Notes: generated by a model not told the origin, from the sequence alone. A stretch of 63,678 bases of DNA, filler included, from Guillardia theta CCMP2712 (GCF_000315625.1; 4 parts of 4 records of this genome joined end to end with filler, not necessarily neighbours in it); one strand, 5' to 3'; positions 24,387-37,218 are shown, numbered from the whole stretch's first letter. Numbers and translations: made by a program.

Positions 24387-25607
24387 TCAGTGATCCCCTC
24401 CTCCCCAACCACCATTCTTACGTGTTGCCGCTTCTCCACTTGACATTGTTCGTTCCGTACTCCTCATCATCGCGCTGCTGCCTCCATCGTTGCTTGCGAG
24501 TATCGACCCTCCTAACGTAGCTCTCCCTTCTGACGCAAACCCGCCGAGCATGTTCATCGCAGTTCCCTGCTGCAGCCCCGCGAGGATGGGAGGCAGTTGC
24601 TGCTGCCCCTGCCACATGTCAGGCACTGTCCTCGGCGCTGCCATGTTGCCCAGCATGCTGCTTCCTCCCTGGTTTTGGAGAAGTTGCAGCTGAAGGAGGA
24701 GGGAGAGCTGGTCTTGCCGCTGCAGTTGCAAGTACTGCAGCTGTGCGATCTGCGCGCTTGTCTTGGCGATCTCGTTGAGCGCAATCTGCAGACTCTCCCG
24801 CTGCGAGTAGTTCTGCGAGCTGGAGTTGGAGCTGGAATCTGACACATCGGTGTTGTCTGCGGGGCAGGAGCCGCTGGTGGTGACCGGGGAGGTTTCCGAC
24901 GTGCTGTTGGTCTTGCCGTCCGACATCTCCTGCCGTCCGACATCGTCGCTCGAGTTGTCGTCGTTGAGCGCGTCCATGGAGATCCGACTTGACTCGCTGC
25001 TCTGCGAACCCTCCCCCATGCTCGTCTTCTCCCCGTCCTCGATCTTGGACCTGAGCTCTTCGTTCAGCACTCGGATAGCCTTCTCCTCCATCTCGCACAG
25101 CTGCTTCCTCTTGGCGCCCTCCTTCCCTCTGCTGCTCTCCCCCTCCTGACTCGAGTTGCCCACGTTGTTCCCGCCCTTCTGAAAGTTCCTATGCCTCCTG
25201 GGCTTCGTGTCCTTGGACCCCGACGGCCTTCCAGGTTGTCGCCTCACGATCTGCTCGTCCTGCAGTCGCTCCTCCGGCGTCCACAACGATTTCGTTGCTT
25301 GTGTCCAGGTCCGCCTGTCCCAGATGTCTCGCACCGTCTTGGAGCTGATCCCGTATCGTCTTCCTACGAAGCAGCTCTCCACCGTTTTGTGCCCCAACCC
25401 CGAGATCTTCTCAGAGTAGATCTTGAAAGCCAGCTCAGCATTGAGGATGCGTTTCTTCCCCTGCAGCCTCTTCTGAGAGCCCTCCCCGTCCTGCTCCTGA
25501 TCCGAACTGAAGACATCGGGCCGAGCGGCTGCCTGGGCCGAGGCCTCTCCCTGGTTGTCTGGGACAGACGTGTTTTGCTGCTCACTGCGATCAGTAGCAC
25601 TCATCAC
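24387..25607 (-). CDS. Putative DNA-binding protein: HTH motif + AT-hook-like GRP motif + Ser/Gln-rich tail
   Basis: 406-aa ORF with LNAELAFKIY...VGRRYGISSKTVRDIWDRRTW, RRQPGRPSGSKDTKPRR and a Q/S-rich low-complexity region. Confidence 0.75.
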   Translation of the reverse strand: MMSATDRSEQQNTSVPDNQGEASAQAAARPDVFSSDQEQDGEGSQKRLQGKKRILNAELAFKIYSEKISGLGHKTVESCFVGRRYGISSKTVRDIWDRRTWTQATKSLWTPEERLQDEQIVRRQPGRPSGSKDTKPRRHRNFQKGGNNVGNSSQEGESSRGKEGAKRKQLCEMEEKAIRVLNEELRSKIEDGEKTSMGEGSQSSESSRISMDALNDDNSSDDVGRQEMSDGKTNSTSETSPVTTSGSCPADNTDVSDSSSNSSSQNYSQRESLQIALNEIAKTSAQIAQLQYLQLQRQDQLSLLLQLQLLQNQGGSSMLGNMAAPRTVPDMWQGQQQLPPILAGLQQGTAMNMLGGFASEGRATLGGSILASNDGGSSAMMRSTERTMSSGEAATRKNGGWGGGDH

Positions 25608-27519
25608 TCAACAAAAACAATCTTTACAAACAAGGTACAACTCAAAGACACAGCGACCGAAGTTCGGCCTTACCCATCACCTCATACTAAGATCAGCCTT
25701 CTTTTTGTGTTCGGATTCCTTTGGGGTGTTCTGAGCCCAACAAACGCGACGAAGAACGATTTCTTCCTGTTTATCCCAGTTGATGTTGTGAAGAGAGCAA
25801 GCTTATGATAAATCGATTGCTCCACAGATAAATCTCATCGATTTCTTCCTGGAACAAACTTCAGTGAGGATGCGGAGAAAGGCTCATAGAATTAGTTCAA
25901 ATAGTTTCGAGGTTGATAAGACATCAGGACAAGGCTAAGCGTCTGCGAGAGAGTCGCAGAGCAATACAAGGGAAGATTTAGTCTCGATGGATTGGAACAT
26001 TCATATTAGAAAGCGATGGCTCTTCGAAGCCAAGAAGGAATTCCACAACACAGCACATATAACAAGAGGACATTATCATCGAGTGATTTGCCTCTGGTTG
26101 GGGAAGCAATGTTTATGCTCGAAAAGGCTACGAGTAAATCCTATCGACCCTATTCAATACCAATTGTTGCATCTTCTTCTTTTATCTCGTCTCCTTCTTC
26201 TCCTCCCCTCTCCTGTCCTCTCCCTTTTTCTTCATCTCTCATTGCTCGCCTCGCCTCTCCTCCCCCCCCCCTCCCCTCCCCTCCCCTCTCATTCGCTCGC
26301 TTCCCCTTCCCATCCCATCCCGTTGCTTCCCCTCCCTTACTCTCTTCTCTCCGTCTTTGTTCTGTCCTGCTCTGCCCTTGGCTCCTCCCCTTTCCGTCGT
26401 TCTTCTCCTCTCCTTCCTCGTCTAGCCATGCTCGCTGCTCTCTTCTCCCTTGAAACGCTGTAGTTTCCATCCGTACCCCATTTGAGCGATTCCAACCAAT
26501 TTGTCCATCTAATATTGAATAATTCAGATGACCACTACAAATATTTGGTAATTTTGATCTTAAAACAGATGTAATCGGGGTACACTTCACCCTACCCCGT
26601 CGGATATGCACGCTAACACCTTGAAGTTCAAGTACCCCCCTTTTGAGCCTGTTTTTGATACTTAAGTACCGGTGTTACCACATACCACCCTTCTTCAGGT
26701 GCGGGACAATTTTTTGGGGTAGATTTCCTAGGACATCGATAGTCCCTGTTGTAACAGCTAGGTCATAGGAAATGCTATTCCCCCCAGAAAAACCTCTCTT
26801 TGAAAAAAGGGTCTTCCAGGGTAGGGTTGGGTGCAATGTCTCCCCAAATAGACCCACCCTTTTTACCATAGAAAATGGATCATGGGTGGGGTGAATTCAT
26901 GACCCCGACCCCTTCAAGTGGAAGGGATAATTTATAGAACGCTGCTAAAACCTTCTTTTAAACGACTGGTTGAAACGTCAGAAGACCTGGTTTCAAAAAA
27001 CCTCTATTGAAAAGAAGTGATTTAGAAGGGAATTCAAGAAAAAAAAGAATAAAAATAATCTCTGCAGGGCAGTGAAATGCATGTCTTATGACATCTCACT
27101 ATTATTTGATGCTGCCCCAACGCCCCCGGGGTAATTTATATGACGCTCTCCACAGCTTGAAATCGAGTGGTTTAGCAGGGAATATCTTTTTTTTCTCAAC
27201 ATTCCAGTCTAAAACTAGAGAACTCCGAGGCAGACTCGTCTTTGGCCGTCGGAGCGGATCTTGCTAGCCAAAACGCGTGACCGTTAAGAACAAACAACGG
27301 CCAATCCTCGTTACAAATTGAAACCGTCATTGACCGTTAACACAACGGTCATAAGCATGTTTTACTCAAAGTTTTAAGTAAAAGTAGAGTGAGTACGATC
27401 ACCGATCGGAACCTCACCGGGCCCGGGCCCGGGCCTGGGCCGGCCTGCCGACTCAGAGCCGAGGGGACTCAGTCAAGGCCTAAAGGTGAGGGAGCGAACA
27501 ATCGAGGCAGGGAAAGGGA

Positions 27520-28172
27520 GGAGGAGGAGGCAGGAGGCAGGAGGCAGAAGGCAGGAGGCAGGAGGCAGGAGGAGGAGCAGGAGGCAGGAGGAGGAGCAGG
27601 AGGCAGGAGGAGGCAGGAGGCAGGAGGAGGAGGAGGAGCAGGAGCAGGAGCAGGAGGCCGGAGGAAGAGCAGGAGGCAGGAGGAGGCAGAGAAAGGGAGG
27701 AGGAGCATGAGGCAGGAGGCAGGAGACAGGAGCAGGAGGAAGAGCAGGATGCAGGATGCAGGAGGCAGGAGGCAGGAGGAGGAGGAGGAGGAGGAGAAGG
27801 AGGCAGGAGGCAAGAGGCAGGATGCAAGAGGCAGGAGGAAGAGCAGGATGCAGGAGGAAGAGCAAGGGGCAGGAGGAGGCAGAGCAGGAGGCAGGAGGCA
27901 GGAGGCAGGAGGAGGCAGGAGGCAGGAGGCAAGAGGCAGGAGGAAGAGCAGGATGCAGGAGGTAGGATGCAGGATGCAGGAGGCAGGAGGAGGCAGGAGG
28001 CAGGAGGCAGGAGGATGCAGGAGGCAGGAGGCAGGAGGAAGAGCAGGGGGCAGAAGGAAGAGCAAGGGGCAGGAAGAGGCAGAGAAAGGGAGGCAGAGGC
28101 AGGAGGCAGGAGGCAGGAGGCAGGAGGCAGGAGGCAGGAGCAGGAGCAGGGGGCAGGGGGCAGGAGGCAGGG
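27520..28172 (+). repeat. Degenerate purine-rich minisatellite built on GGAGGCA
   Basis: Hundreds of bp of GGAGGCA/GGAGCA/GGATGCA variants with higher-order units. Confidence 0.95.
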
Positions 28173-28577
28173 AGTTTGAAGAGGACCATAGAAAGAGAGA
28201 GAAAGATGAGGGATTGGGCGAAGGGATAAACCTTTAAAGAGGTGGGAAGGAGGGGAATGGAGGAGATAGAGAGGGTATGTGAAGCAGAAGAGGGAGAGGG
28301 AGAGGCGAGGAGGGTAGATGAGGACTATCAAGTGAGAAATTCTGATGAGAGGTATAGGAGGGGAGTATCAGGGTCTTGAAAGATCAAGATAATTGATGGT
28401 TGACGATTGAACTCAGGTCGGCGCAAACCTGGTCGAGCATCGACAGGATGGAGGAAAGGAAGTTGATGGAGAGAAGCTGGTGAGATTGTTCATTGCGCGT
28501 GAGGACCGCCTGGTTGTCTCAGTGGAGACGGAGGAGTCAGCCCTTGAGAGCTGTTGCTGCCAATCTCTGTTACCGGC

Positions 28578-29779
28578 ATGGCACCAACACTGAGGCAGCT
28601 TGCTGTTTGCTTCGCACTGCTCCTTAACTTGCCTTCCATCCTGTGCTTCTCTCCCTCGCCTGCTTTTGCGCGAGCATGGAGCATCCGAGGTGCAAGGAAG
28701 AGCATGGGTAGGCCTCATGCCAGACTGGGAGGAGGAGTCAAGCTGCGGATGGCGATGCAGGAAGCTGAGGAAGGAGGAGCAGGAGGAAGAGGAGGAGGAG
28801 GTCAGAGCACGAGCGTGATGCTGACCCGGGAGTGGTTCGCCTCCTCTAACGTCATGGGGGATCTGCTCACAGACGACGGCATCCCTGTGGCGCAGCTCAG
28901 CCAGACGAGTCGCTTCAACTGGTGGAACGAGCTGCTGACTCTATGGGGCAGTCGCGTGCTGGAGCGCATCACGAACCGGATGGCCTTCACCATCGCCTGC
29001 TCCATCGCCGTGACCACCTTCATCAACCTCGGCGACATGCCCAGCAGCGGCTTCACCTACGTCACCGAGTTCGAGATCCCCGGGTGGCCCCACGAGCTCA
29101 TCGGCGGTTTCCTCTCTATCCTCCTTGTCTTCCGCACGGACCAGGCGTACGACAGGTTCTGGGAGGGCAGGAGGAAGTGGGCCGAGCTGTCCTCCACCTG
29201 CCGTGACATGGGCCGCATCGCCATCTCGAACCTCGACAGGCGGACGGCAGCTGAGCTGCTTGCCAGCATCGCCGTCTTCCCCGTGACCCTCAAGCAGCAC
29301 CTGCGGGGCACGAGCAACAGCCGGGAGATTGCGACCGTGATCAACACGTACCTCCCTGCCAACAGCTCCCTCATCGACATCGTCGCCTCCTCCCGCACGA
29401 TGCCTGTCACTGTCCTCCTCAGCATGTCAAACTGCATCTCCAAGTTGCGCCTTGCGCCCCGGCACGAGCACCTGGAGATCGTCTGGCAGCTGCTGGAGCA
29501 GCGGGTGGACAAGCTCGCATCGATCGTGAGCGACTGCGAGAAAATCAAGTGTACTCCCCTCCCCTCTCCTACTCCCGCTACGCCAGCCGCTTCTTCTCCA
29601 TCTACACCCTCACCCTCCCCTTCGCGCTGGTCAAGGACACGAGCCCCGTGCTCGTCCCCTTCATCACAGCCTTCGTCAGCTGGGTCCTGTTTGTCACCGA
29701 CGAGATCGGTCACGTCATCGAAGAACCGTTCGGCAACGGACTCGCCAAGGACCCGGACACCATCTCGGGCAAGGGACAG
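28578..29779 (+). CDS. Bestrophin-like (VCCN/YneE, UPF0187) anion channel with bipartite plastid-targeting leader; apparent 1-nt frameshift near 29560; 3' end in gap
   Basis: LLVFRTDQAYDRFWEGRRKW, CEKIKCTPLP/LSYSRY, LTLPFAL, DEIGHVIEEPFG. N-terminal hydrophobic signal followed by C^FSPSPAF and an Arg-rich transit-like segment. Confidence 0.9.
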
Positions 29780-29879
29780 GTGCGCCCTCCGTCCTTGCTC
29801 CTCTTCCTCCTCCTCCTCCTCTCTCTCTCTCTCTCNNNNNNNNNNNNNNNNNNNNNNNNNNNNNNNNNNNNNNNNNNNN

Positions 29880-29891
29880 TTAATTAATTAA
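29880..29891. other. Artificial contig linker TTAATTAATTAA between N runs (also at 52941-52952 and 62389-62400)
   Basis: Identical six-frame-stop 12-mer flanked by ~44 N on each side, three times. Confidence 0.95.
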
Positions 29892-29935
29892 NNNNNNNNN
29901 NNNNNNNNNNNNNNNNNNNNNNNNNNNNNNNNNNN

Positions 29936-32900
29936 TCAGTATTCCGTGGCATCCTCCTCCCTCCCTCCCTCTCTCCCTCCCTCCCTCACATGTCAACCGC
30001 CACTCACCGATCTCGTTATCGTCAAAGGAGGCTCCCATGAATCTGAGCCCGTGCTCTGAGTACAACTTGAACCCTCCTCCTGATATCGCCGAGCAGGTCC
30101 CGCACAAGTTGTCTGTGACCCCCAAGTTCTTGCATGTCTGATCAAGAGGGTTGCAGAACCCCTTGGGCCAGGGCCCAGGCCCAGGCGTGTAAGGAGTCTC
30201 TGGAGGCCACACGCCAAACTGTCCGGCCTTGCCTGCAGTATCGGACGGAGCCGCTGCCGAGACACTTCTGACACGCCTCTCTGCCCCTCTGGTGTCCGGC
30301 CCGCTGTACGTGAAATCCTGGTACACTCCTCCGTAGTTCTGGAATCCCACCAGCACCACGTCGTGGTCCCCAGCTTGAAGGTTGATGGAACCGCAAACTT
30401 TGTCCGCTCCGTGGAGCCCGTCGTTGTTGACGACCAGGTCACTGCCATAGTAGACCAGCGAGCCATCGTCAGAAGTAGAGCAGAAGCTGTAGATGCCTGA
30501 AATCATTATACGCACTTTTCCGTACACCTGCCATGCGTACTTAGCCTCGGGCGTGTTCGGGATCCAATTTCTCAGCTCTCCAAGGGTGCTGAACGCAATG
30601 AAGGAAATCTTGGCCTCGCCGACGAACTTCATGTGCGAGACATCTGGAACAAGCTCGAAGGGTTCGTAGTTGGTGGAGTACATCCGCATGGTCCACTCGG
30701 AGGGAGGAGGAAGGGAGGGGGCAGCCGTCGGCAAGCTGACCATGTGCCGGTACTGGTCCCCAGTGTCCGGGCCGGAGTAGGACGCGCTCTGATAAGCCTC
30801 TCCCCAATGGTTGAAGCCTTCAACGCGAACCTGGTGATCTCCTGGGTCCATCTTGATACTTGCACACTTCCTGTCGGCCCCGTGCAAGCCATCGTTGTTG
30901 ACGATGAGGTTGTCATCGACGAAGAGGTATGAGCCGTCATCAGAGGTCGAGCAGAAAGAGTAGATGCCAGGAGCGTTGATCTTGACGGTTCCGTAGTACA
31001 CCCACACAAAGTTGTTGTCTGGCATGCCAGGAATCATCCTCACAAACTCTCCGTTGTTGGGCACGTAGATATCTTTGTATGTCGCCTCGCCCACGAACGT
31101 CAAGAACGGCCAGTTTGCAAGAGCCATGTTCTGGATGTTGCTTCCTCTGAACAGCCGCACTGTCCATGCTGAGGGCTTGGGGGGAGCAGGTGCCTTGGAG
31201 CTGTCAGATCTGAGGTACCTCTTCACTCTGCCTGTGTCAGGCCCAATGTAGTGCGCAGCCATGTACGCTCCGCCGTAGTGCTGGAAGCCTGGAAGGAACA
31301 TGGCGTGGGTCCCTGCCGAGAGCGAGATATCTCCGCATTTCTCCTGTGCTCCGTGGAGACCGTCGTTGTCAACGACCATCTTGCCGTCTACGTACATGAA
31401 GGAACCGTCGTCGGAAGTGGTACAGAACGTGTATGTGCCGGCCCTGGTGACGTCCAGGTTGCCGTAGATGGCCCACACGTAGTTGTATGACGGCGTCTTG
31501 GGAACGGCGCTACGGAAATCGTCGAGGTCGTGGAAATCGATGTATGGAGTTTTGCCTTCCTCAACAAAGTTCAAGAACGCAAGGTCAGGCGTGTACGTCA
31601 GCTCCTGGGTCTCAGCCTGATACATCCTCATGGTGAAGGACGAAGGTGGAGGCAGGTCAGGTAGCTTGCCCTTGGAGCTGCCCTTACTCATCATCAGCAT
31701 CTCTCCTCCTCCTGTGTCTGGCCCAGCGTAGGTGATGCTCTGGTAGATCCCTCCCCCATGCTGGAAGCCTTCCACAGTGACGGAGTGAGATCCTGCCCGT
31801 AGCTGCGCATTCCCGCAAGCCCTAACAGCTCCATGGAGTCCGTTGTTCTCAACGAGCAAGTCGCCGTTGAGCAGCAGTCGGGACCCATCGTCCGACGTCG
31901 TGCACAAAGAGTAGGTCCCCGCAAACTCAACGTATAGCGACCCGTAGAAGATCCAGCTGTAGTCTGAGCTGGGTGTCTCAGCCACGTACTGACGAAGCTC
32001 TTCCAGGGAGTCGACGCGGACGGTCTCGATGTCCTTGGCGCTTCCAACGAAAGTGACCATGGGGGAGTCAGGGATGACCTGCCTCAGCTGTCAGATCGTC
32101 ACCTCCACGCCCAGCAGAGCCCCACCACTAGAGGTCTGTTCGATCTGAAAACCCGCAGGGCCCAGTCAGACGCCGGAGGCTTTTCTGGCAGGTTCGCCTC
32201 GGCGTCCTCGCTCCTAAGGAGCATCTTGTTGCCCAGGGTGTCTTGGCCCCTTGTCAAGCGTCAGAGCAGCGCGACTAGTCGCCAAGCATGTATACCTCCA
32301 GAAGGCGTGCAGGACGAAGGCGCCCGTGTTAACAAACGCCTTGACTCGGATGCGCACAGTTCCCTTTGTGACGTCAAAAGGGCGGCAGATCTCTCTAGTG
32401 GTGTGCAAGCCGTTGTTGTCAACCACGAGGTTGTCCTCCACAAATAGCTGCGACCTGCGTACGTCTCTCACCTTACACATGAGCAGCTGCTACCAGACCG
32501 TACCCGTCAGATGATGCAGTGCAGAAGTCGTAGGTGCCTCCGTTCTGGACCAGGATGTTTCCGTAGAACTCCACCGCAAAGTTTGACGCAGGCACCCCTG
32601 CGAAGTACTGCAGCAACGTGAGCCACGCGACCAGCCGTACACACGCATAAGTAGGAGGACAAGGTACTGCACTGACCTTGCGGAGTGTCTCGATGCCCTG
32701 GAAGTTGATGTATGGAATAGTGGTGCTCCCAAGGTACTTCATGGCATACATGGATGGGATGCTCAAAAGGGTCCCAGTCGACTCATACACCCGCACAGTC
32801 CAGCTTGATCGTGGTCTCTTGACAGCACCTTCAATCTGCGCACCCGTCACTCGTCTGTGTGGGGACCCTTCCATCATCCGCCAACCTTGAGAGACTGTAC

Positions 32901-35086
32901 GCGGTCGTTCCAGCCCTCCCAGACGAGACAGTCGACTTTTCGTGGGCCGACGTAGACGATCTTGTTACCTTCGAAGTACCTTTGATCGTACATGGTCACC
33001 TGGAGACAGGCCCCGTCAGCTTCATCATCAATCCCAAGGTCGAGATACCGAAAGTTTCTCCGGGATGTACAAGGAGGACAGTGAGTTTGCTTTCAGTCTG
33101 CAGTTATGCAAAGCACACATGTCTTGGTCGTTGTCGCACTCTCCATTGTTGAATACTTCCCATTCACCCTCCGGGAGGATTTGCTTCCATTCGGGGTCGT
33201 TGTTGGGATCTCCGCAGCTGCCCCCGAACACGACTTGATTCTTGTCAGTGCTGAGGTGAAACAGAAACGCACAGACGTCAGCAACGACGCTGAGCATACT
33301 CCCCTTCCCCGAGCTCACCTCGGCAAGCATGCATCCGGAGTGTAGCATTCTTCCCTCAACCGCCTCACGGTCTTGAAGCTCGAACGCACGTTCACCCTCA
33401 TGCCCTGGACGAGCACAAGTCAGCCCCCGCACGGGCACGCCAAGATTAGGTCAGTAGAGGACTGCCGGATCAAGCCGTACCTGGAACTGATCGTTGAGCC
33501 CCCAGCAGCATAAGCCAACATCGTCGGCATGCGTACATCCTTCGCCTCCACAGGTCTTGGGACAGTCGCCCATGTCCTCCTCAGTACCTTTGCCTGTGTG
33601 GAGCATCACAACACGTCCGAGCCGCAGAGACGAGCCTTACAAGCTACACGCGACAGCCATATGGGACCTTTGCCACCACCTTTTCTCAGGAGCTTGCCTC
33701 CTTCTTCGAACCCGATGTTGCGGCAAACCAGGTCGGCGGTGATCTGAGTGAAGCCTACTCCACACACAGTTCCCCAGACCTGAGCAGGACGTCATTAGGC
33801 CTCACACAAGATAGGACGCGAGACTCACTCCATTGTATAGGGTCTCAAGGCGGCAGGCCGAGTAATCACAATCAACAAGGCGGGTGTAGAGGTTTCCACC
33901 GCCAGGGCAGAAGTATCTGCCAGGCTTCCAACTCTCACCGACAGGAGCTGTACAAAGTACTTGAGGATCTAGCACATCGTTGTTTTGCATGGGCATACCT
34001 TCTCCCTGAATGCCATCCGGACCCATCGGGCCACTAATTCCAGTGATTCCGGTGACACCGCTGAAGCCTCTGACGCCTGATGATGTATCACAACTAGATT
34101 GTTCTGCACGCAACCTCCTCACCTGCAGGTCCTGGAAGTCCTTCGATCCCAGGCTTGCCCATGGGTCCTGCGAGGCCCTGAGGACCCTTTGGTCCTTGGG
34201 GCCCTTCAATGCCGTCGGCACCATTAGCTCCCGGGGAGCCATTCATACCTGCGACAAGTCAGTCGATGCTCGATATCTTCCGCGTACAAGTTGTTTCATC
34301 ATCTCTCTCTTCACTATCTGTAGCTTCATAAAGACTGCTTACCAGGCAAGCCGGGTGGACCTCTGCAACGCCGCCAAAAGAGCAAAGGAAGCAAACAAAG
34401 CACATTCAGCTCCTCATCACAGCACACTCTCTCAAAGCTCACTCTGGTCCTTGCACCAAGTGGTATGGAGCGCTGATGTCATCGGTCTCCTTTGTGTTGA
34501 GCTCTACTATCTCATCCTTCACGCCCGACACTGTGGACTTGACATACTCCGACAAATCCTTCTCCTGCTCATCAAGCTTCTCTGACATCTTGGCAGACTT
34601 CTTCAAGGCTTCCATGAGCCTGAAGTCAACATGAGCCAAGCATGCTCTTGGTGAGACACAATCAGATAGAGGGGCTCACCTCTTCATCCTCCTCTTCGAT
34701 ATGCTTTCCTCCTGAAGGAACGACTCGGGAACGTCCGGAGACTGGTCCTCATCACTTACTCCTGCTTGCGTGGAGGGCATGTAGTTGATGCCTCCTGCCT
34801 GCCCGTAGCTTGGAGGAGCTGAGATCTCTCCTTGAGATGAGAGAATCTGCTGTGTGGCTGGCTCCCATAACGCCTGTCCTTGGCTTCCGCCTAGCTCATA
34901 TTCTCCACTGTAAAGTTCGGATGGGGAAGTATGACGCAAGAGCGAGCGGGGAGAGGCGAGAGCGATGAAGACGATCATGGCAGCGAGGCCACCTATGGCC
35001 AAGTAGCTATATGCTCTGCTACCTCGAGCCGTCTGTGCCGTCTCCTCCGGCGCGGAAGGAAGTCTGTCTTCCTCTCCCCGCGCCAT
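29936..35086 (-). CDS. Copy A: type II membrane protein, TM-coiled coil-collagen-SRCR-beta/gamma-crystallin-5xPA14 + Cys-rich C-terminal extension (3' end runs toward gap)
   Basis: [17 protein letters not shown] (TM); 25 Gly-X-Y triplets over 4 exons; [15 protein letters not shown]...VCRNIGF...[10 protein letters not shown]...C...[11 protein letters not shown] (SRCR); NSLSSL...[11 protein letters not shown]...WNDRVQSLK (crystallin); five repeats with YGx..GTYxFC(T/S)xSDDGS...NDGLHG (PA14). Confidence 0.85.
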
Positions 35087-35549
35087 GGGCGGCGGCACTG
35101 TGAAGGGTCGATCCCAAGAGTCAGACCCAAAGAATTAAGTCAAAACAATCAACTGTACCCCCCACCCCCTTTGTGACCCTGGATGCCCTTGACCGGTGAT
35201 GGGAAACTCAAAAGAATATTCAGTTCAAATGGTCTCTGTAAAGTTCAAATGAACAAAAAGATATTCAATGATTTTTCTTGTTTGTTGCGTCAGAGAGTTC
35301 CGAAGTTGAATTTGAGTGTTCGCCTTGTACACAAACAATTAAAAAGTGAGGTTCAGATTTCGGCTCATGTTTACAATATATAAATGAATATATCAAATAT
35401 TTTGGGAAATGCTTTGGATTTGTTTCCCAAAATGCGATATTGTTTTATGCAAGAAAATTTTGCTTTATCAGTACAGTTTGTAGATATATAATTAATCTTT
35501 AAATAGTACGACTTTATATATAAATGAAGTTGAGTATATTTCTGTGGTA

Positions 35550-36960
35550 GTACAACTGCTGCTTGCGAAAAATAAAAAATACGGTAATAAATACCGAGTC
35601 TGCCTCAGAGACGTTTCCGGTCTTCCAGAATGCAGCGGCGGCAGGTGCAGGAGCACAACGCCCAGCATGCCTGTGCAGGGTGAGATCACAATGCAAGATT
35701 AAGCAAGAGTATCTTTCAACATGTTCATCTCGACAACGTGATAACTTCTGGCCTGATTCACAAGACTTACGTTGGTATTTGAGATCACCCTTGTACACCT
35801 TACAAGGATTCTTGCAACCAGGGCCCCACCGTGTGTATGTCTTCTCAAGAAGATGAACTTTTTGGCCTGCAGAAGTGACTTCTCAAGTCATTAAGACTGT
35901 TGCCATGACTGTTCAACAAGATTCTGTTTTATCCAGGAGAAAGTCAAGGGATGGATGGAGCAGCGTGGTCAGCATGAATCAGGTTTCAACTTGGAATTGA
36001 AAGTTTCAGGAAGGTGAATCGCACCAATCACATGAGTAATCAACTCATAATGGAAGCAATGACAGCCATTGCCATGTCATCGGAAACGAATACTCGTTCT
36101 GAACGGTTTGTTGTCAGGTTGTCGGAGTGCAGATAGGTTTTTGATCAGAGAGTGCAAGCCGCCAGCAGAATGGAAGACTGCAGGCGAAAACCAGACGGAT
36201 GTGTGAGCTGTGGTAGATGGATTGAACAAATCTCCAGTCTTCGAAGCAGAATGCATGGATATCCAAGAATGCAGCACCGATACCACATCGGGATGAGATT
36301 GACACATCACGAAAGAGTGTGGAATGAAATGTAGATTTGAACATTATGAATTAATGTAGAATGAAATGTGAGATTGATACATTATGAAAGAATGCAGAAG
36401 GAACTGTGTGATTGATACGTTATGCAAGTACGTGGAATGAATGTAAAATGTGCATCTGGTGTTTGGGTGGTTGTCACAATATTGCCCTGTCACCAGTCTT
36501 GATCTCTTTAGGTGGCTCAAATACATTGTTCAATTGTTGGTGGAATGTTTGATTTTGGGATGTTCTGATTGTTTGTTTCAAACCTTGTCTATCACTTGTT
36601 TCATACCATGGTCATGATTAATTACCACTCAACAACAAATGATTGATTTGGAGCATCTATTCAAACCGAGTAGTAGTTAGGGAGGAGTCTCTCCTTGATC
36701 ACAAATTCCTTCATGATGGAGGGAAAGTAGTTCAATTGTTTGAAAATTAAGGGCATCCTTTGAAATATGCTATGATATACATTCAGGCACCTTTATCACC
36801 ATGTTCTAAGTTGGTGATAATCTCACGTTTACCTCTTTAACGGTTCACTCAATCTTGTCCTTCTCACAACTTACACTTCACAGCCTTACAAACATTACCA
36901 TTCGCCACTTGATCATCTTGGTGTTTGTAAGTGTCTAATCACATGCAAGGTCACGTTCCC
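35550..36960 (-). mobile_element. Possible heavily decayed transposon/retroelement relic in the spacer
   Basis: AT-richer, TG/CA-rich sequence with broken protein-like frames (e.g. HYELITHVIGAIHLPETF). No intact domain. Confidence 0.25.
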
Positions 36961-37218
36961 TTCCTCTGCCCGCATTGCAGCATCTGCGGGACAAGTGAAC
37001 AATCATTATATTTATATTACTCATTCGTACAGAAAATTGTACCTTGCTACCGGGGTAAAACTAAATTTAAGTAGATATTTGTACTGAACATTTTAGCTTA
37101 CCAAGCATTCTGTAGACAAGCAGACGGTCAACGATAGGAGCAAGAGGGGGTAGGGGGTACCTTGTTGAGTAAAATCCAGGAGCCTGCTATCGAAGAGACA
37201 CTTCGGTGCGCTACCGCC

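Noticed and set aside
27060-27180. hAT-like RWGS fragment on the minus strand
   Set aside because: Only a 4-residue resemblance flanked by stops.
27389-28331. Long RRQEAGG / PPASCLL ORFs
   Set aside because: Open in nearly all frames because the minisatellite lacks stop codons; no evidence of coding.
29880-29891. Palindromic TTAATTAATTAA seen three times
   Set aside because: Always embedded in symmetric N runs, so it is an artificial contig linker. Adjacency across these points is also less certain.
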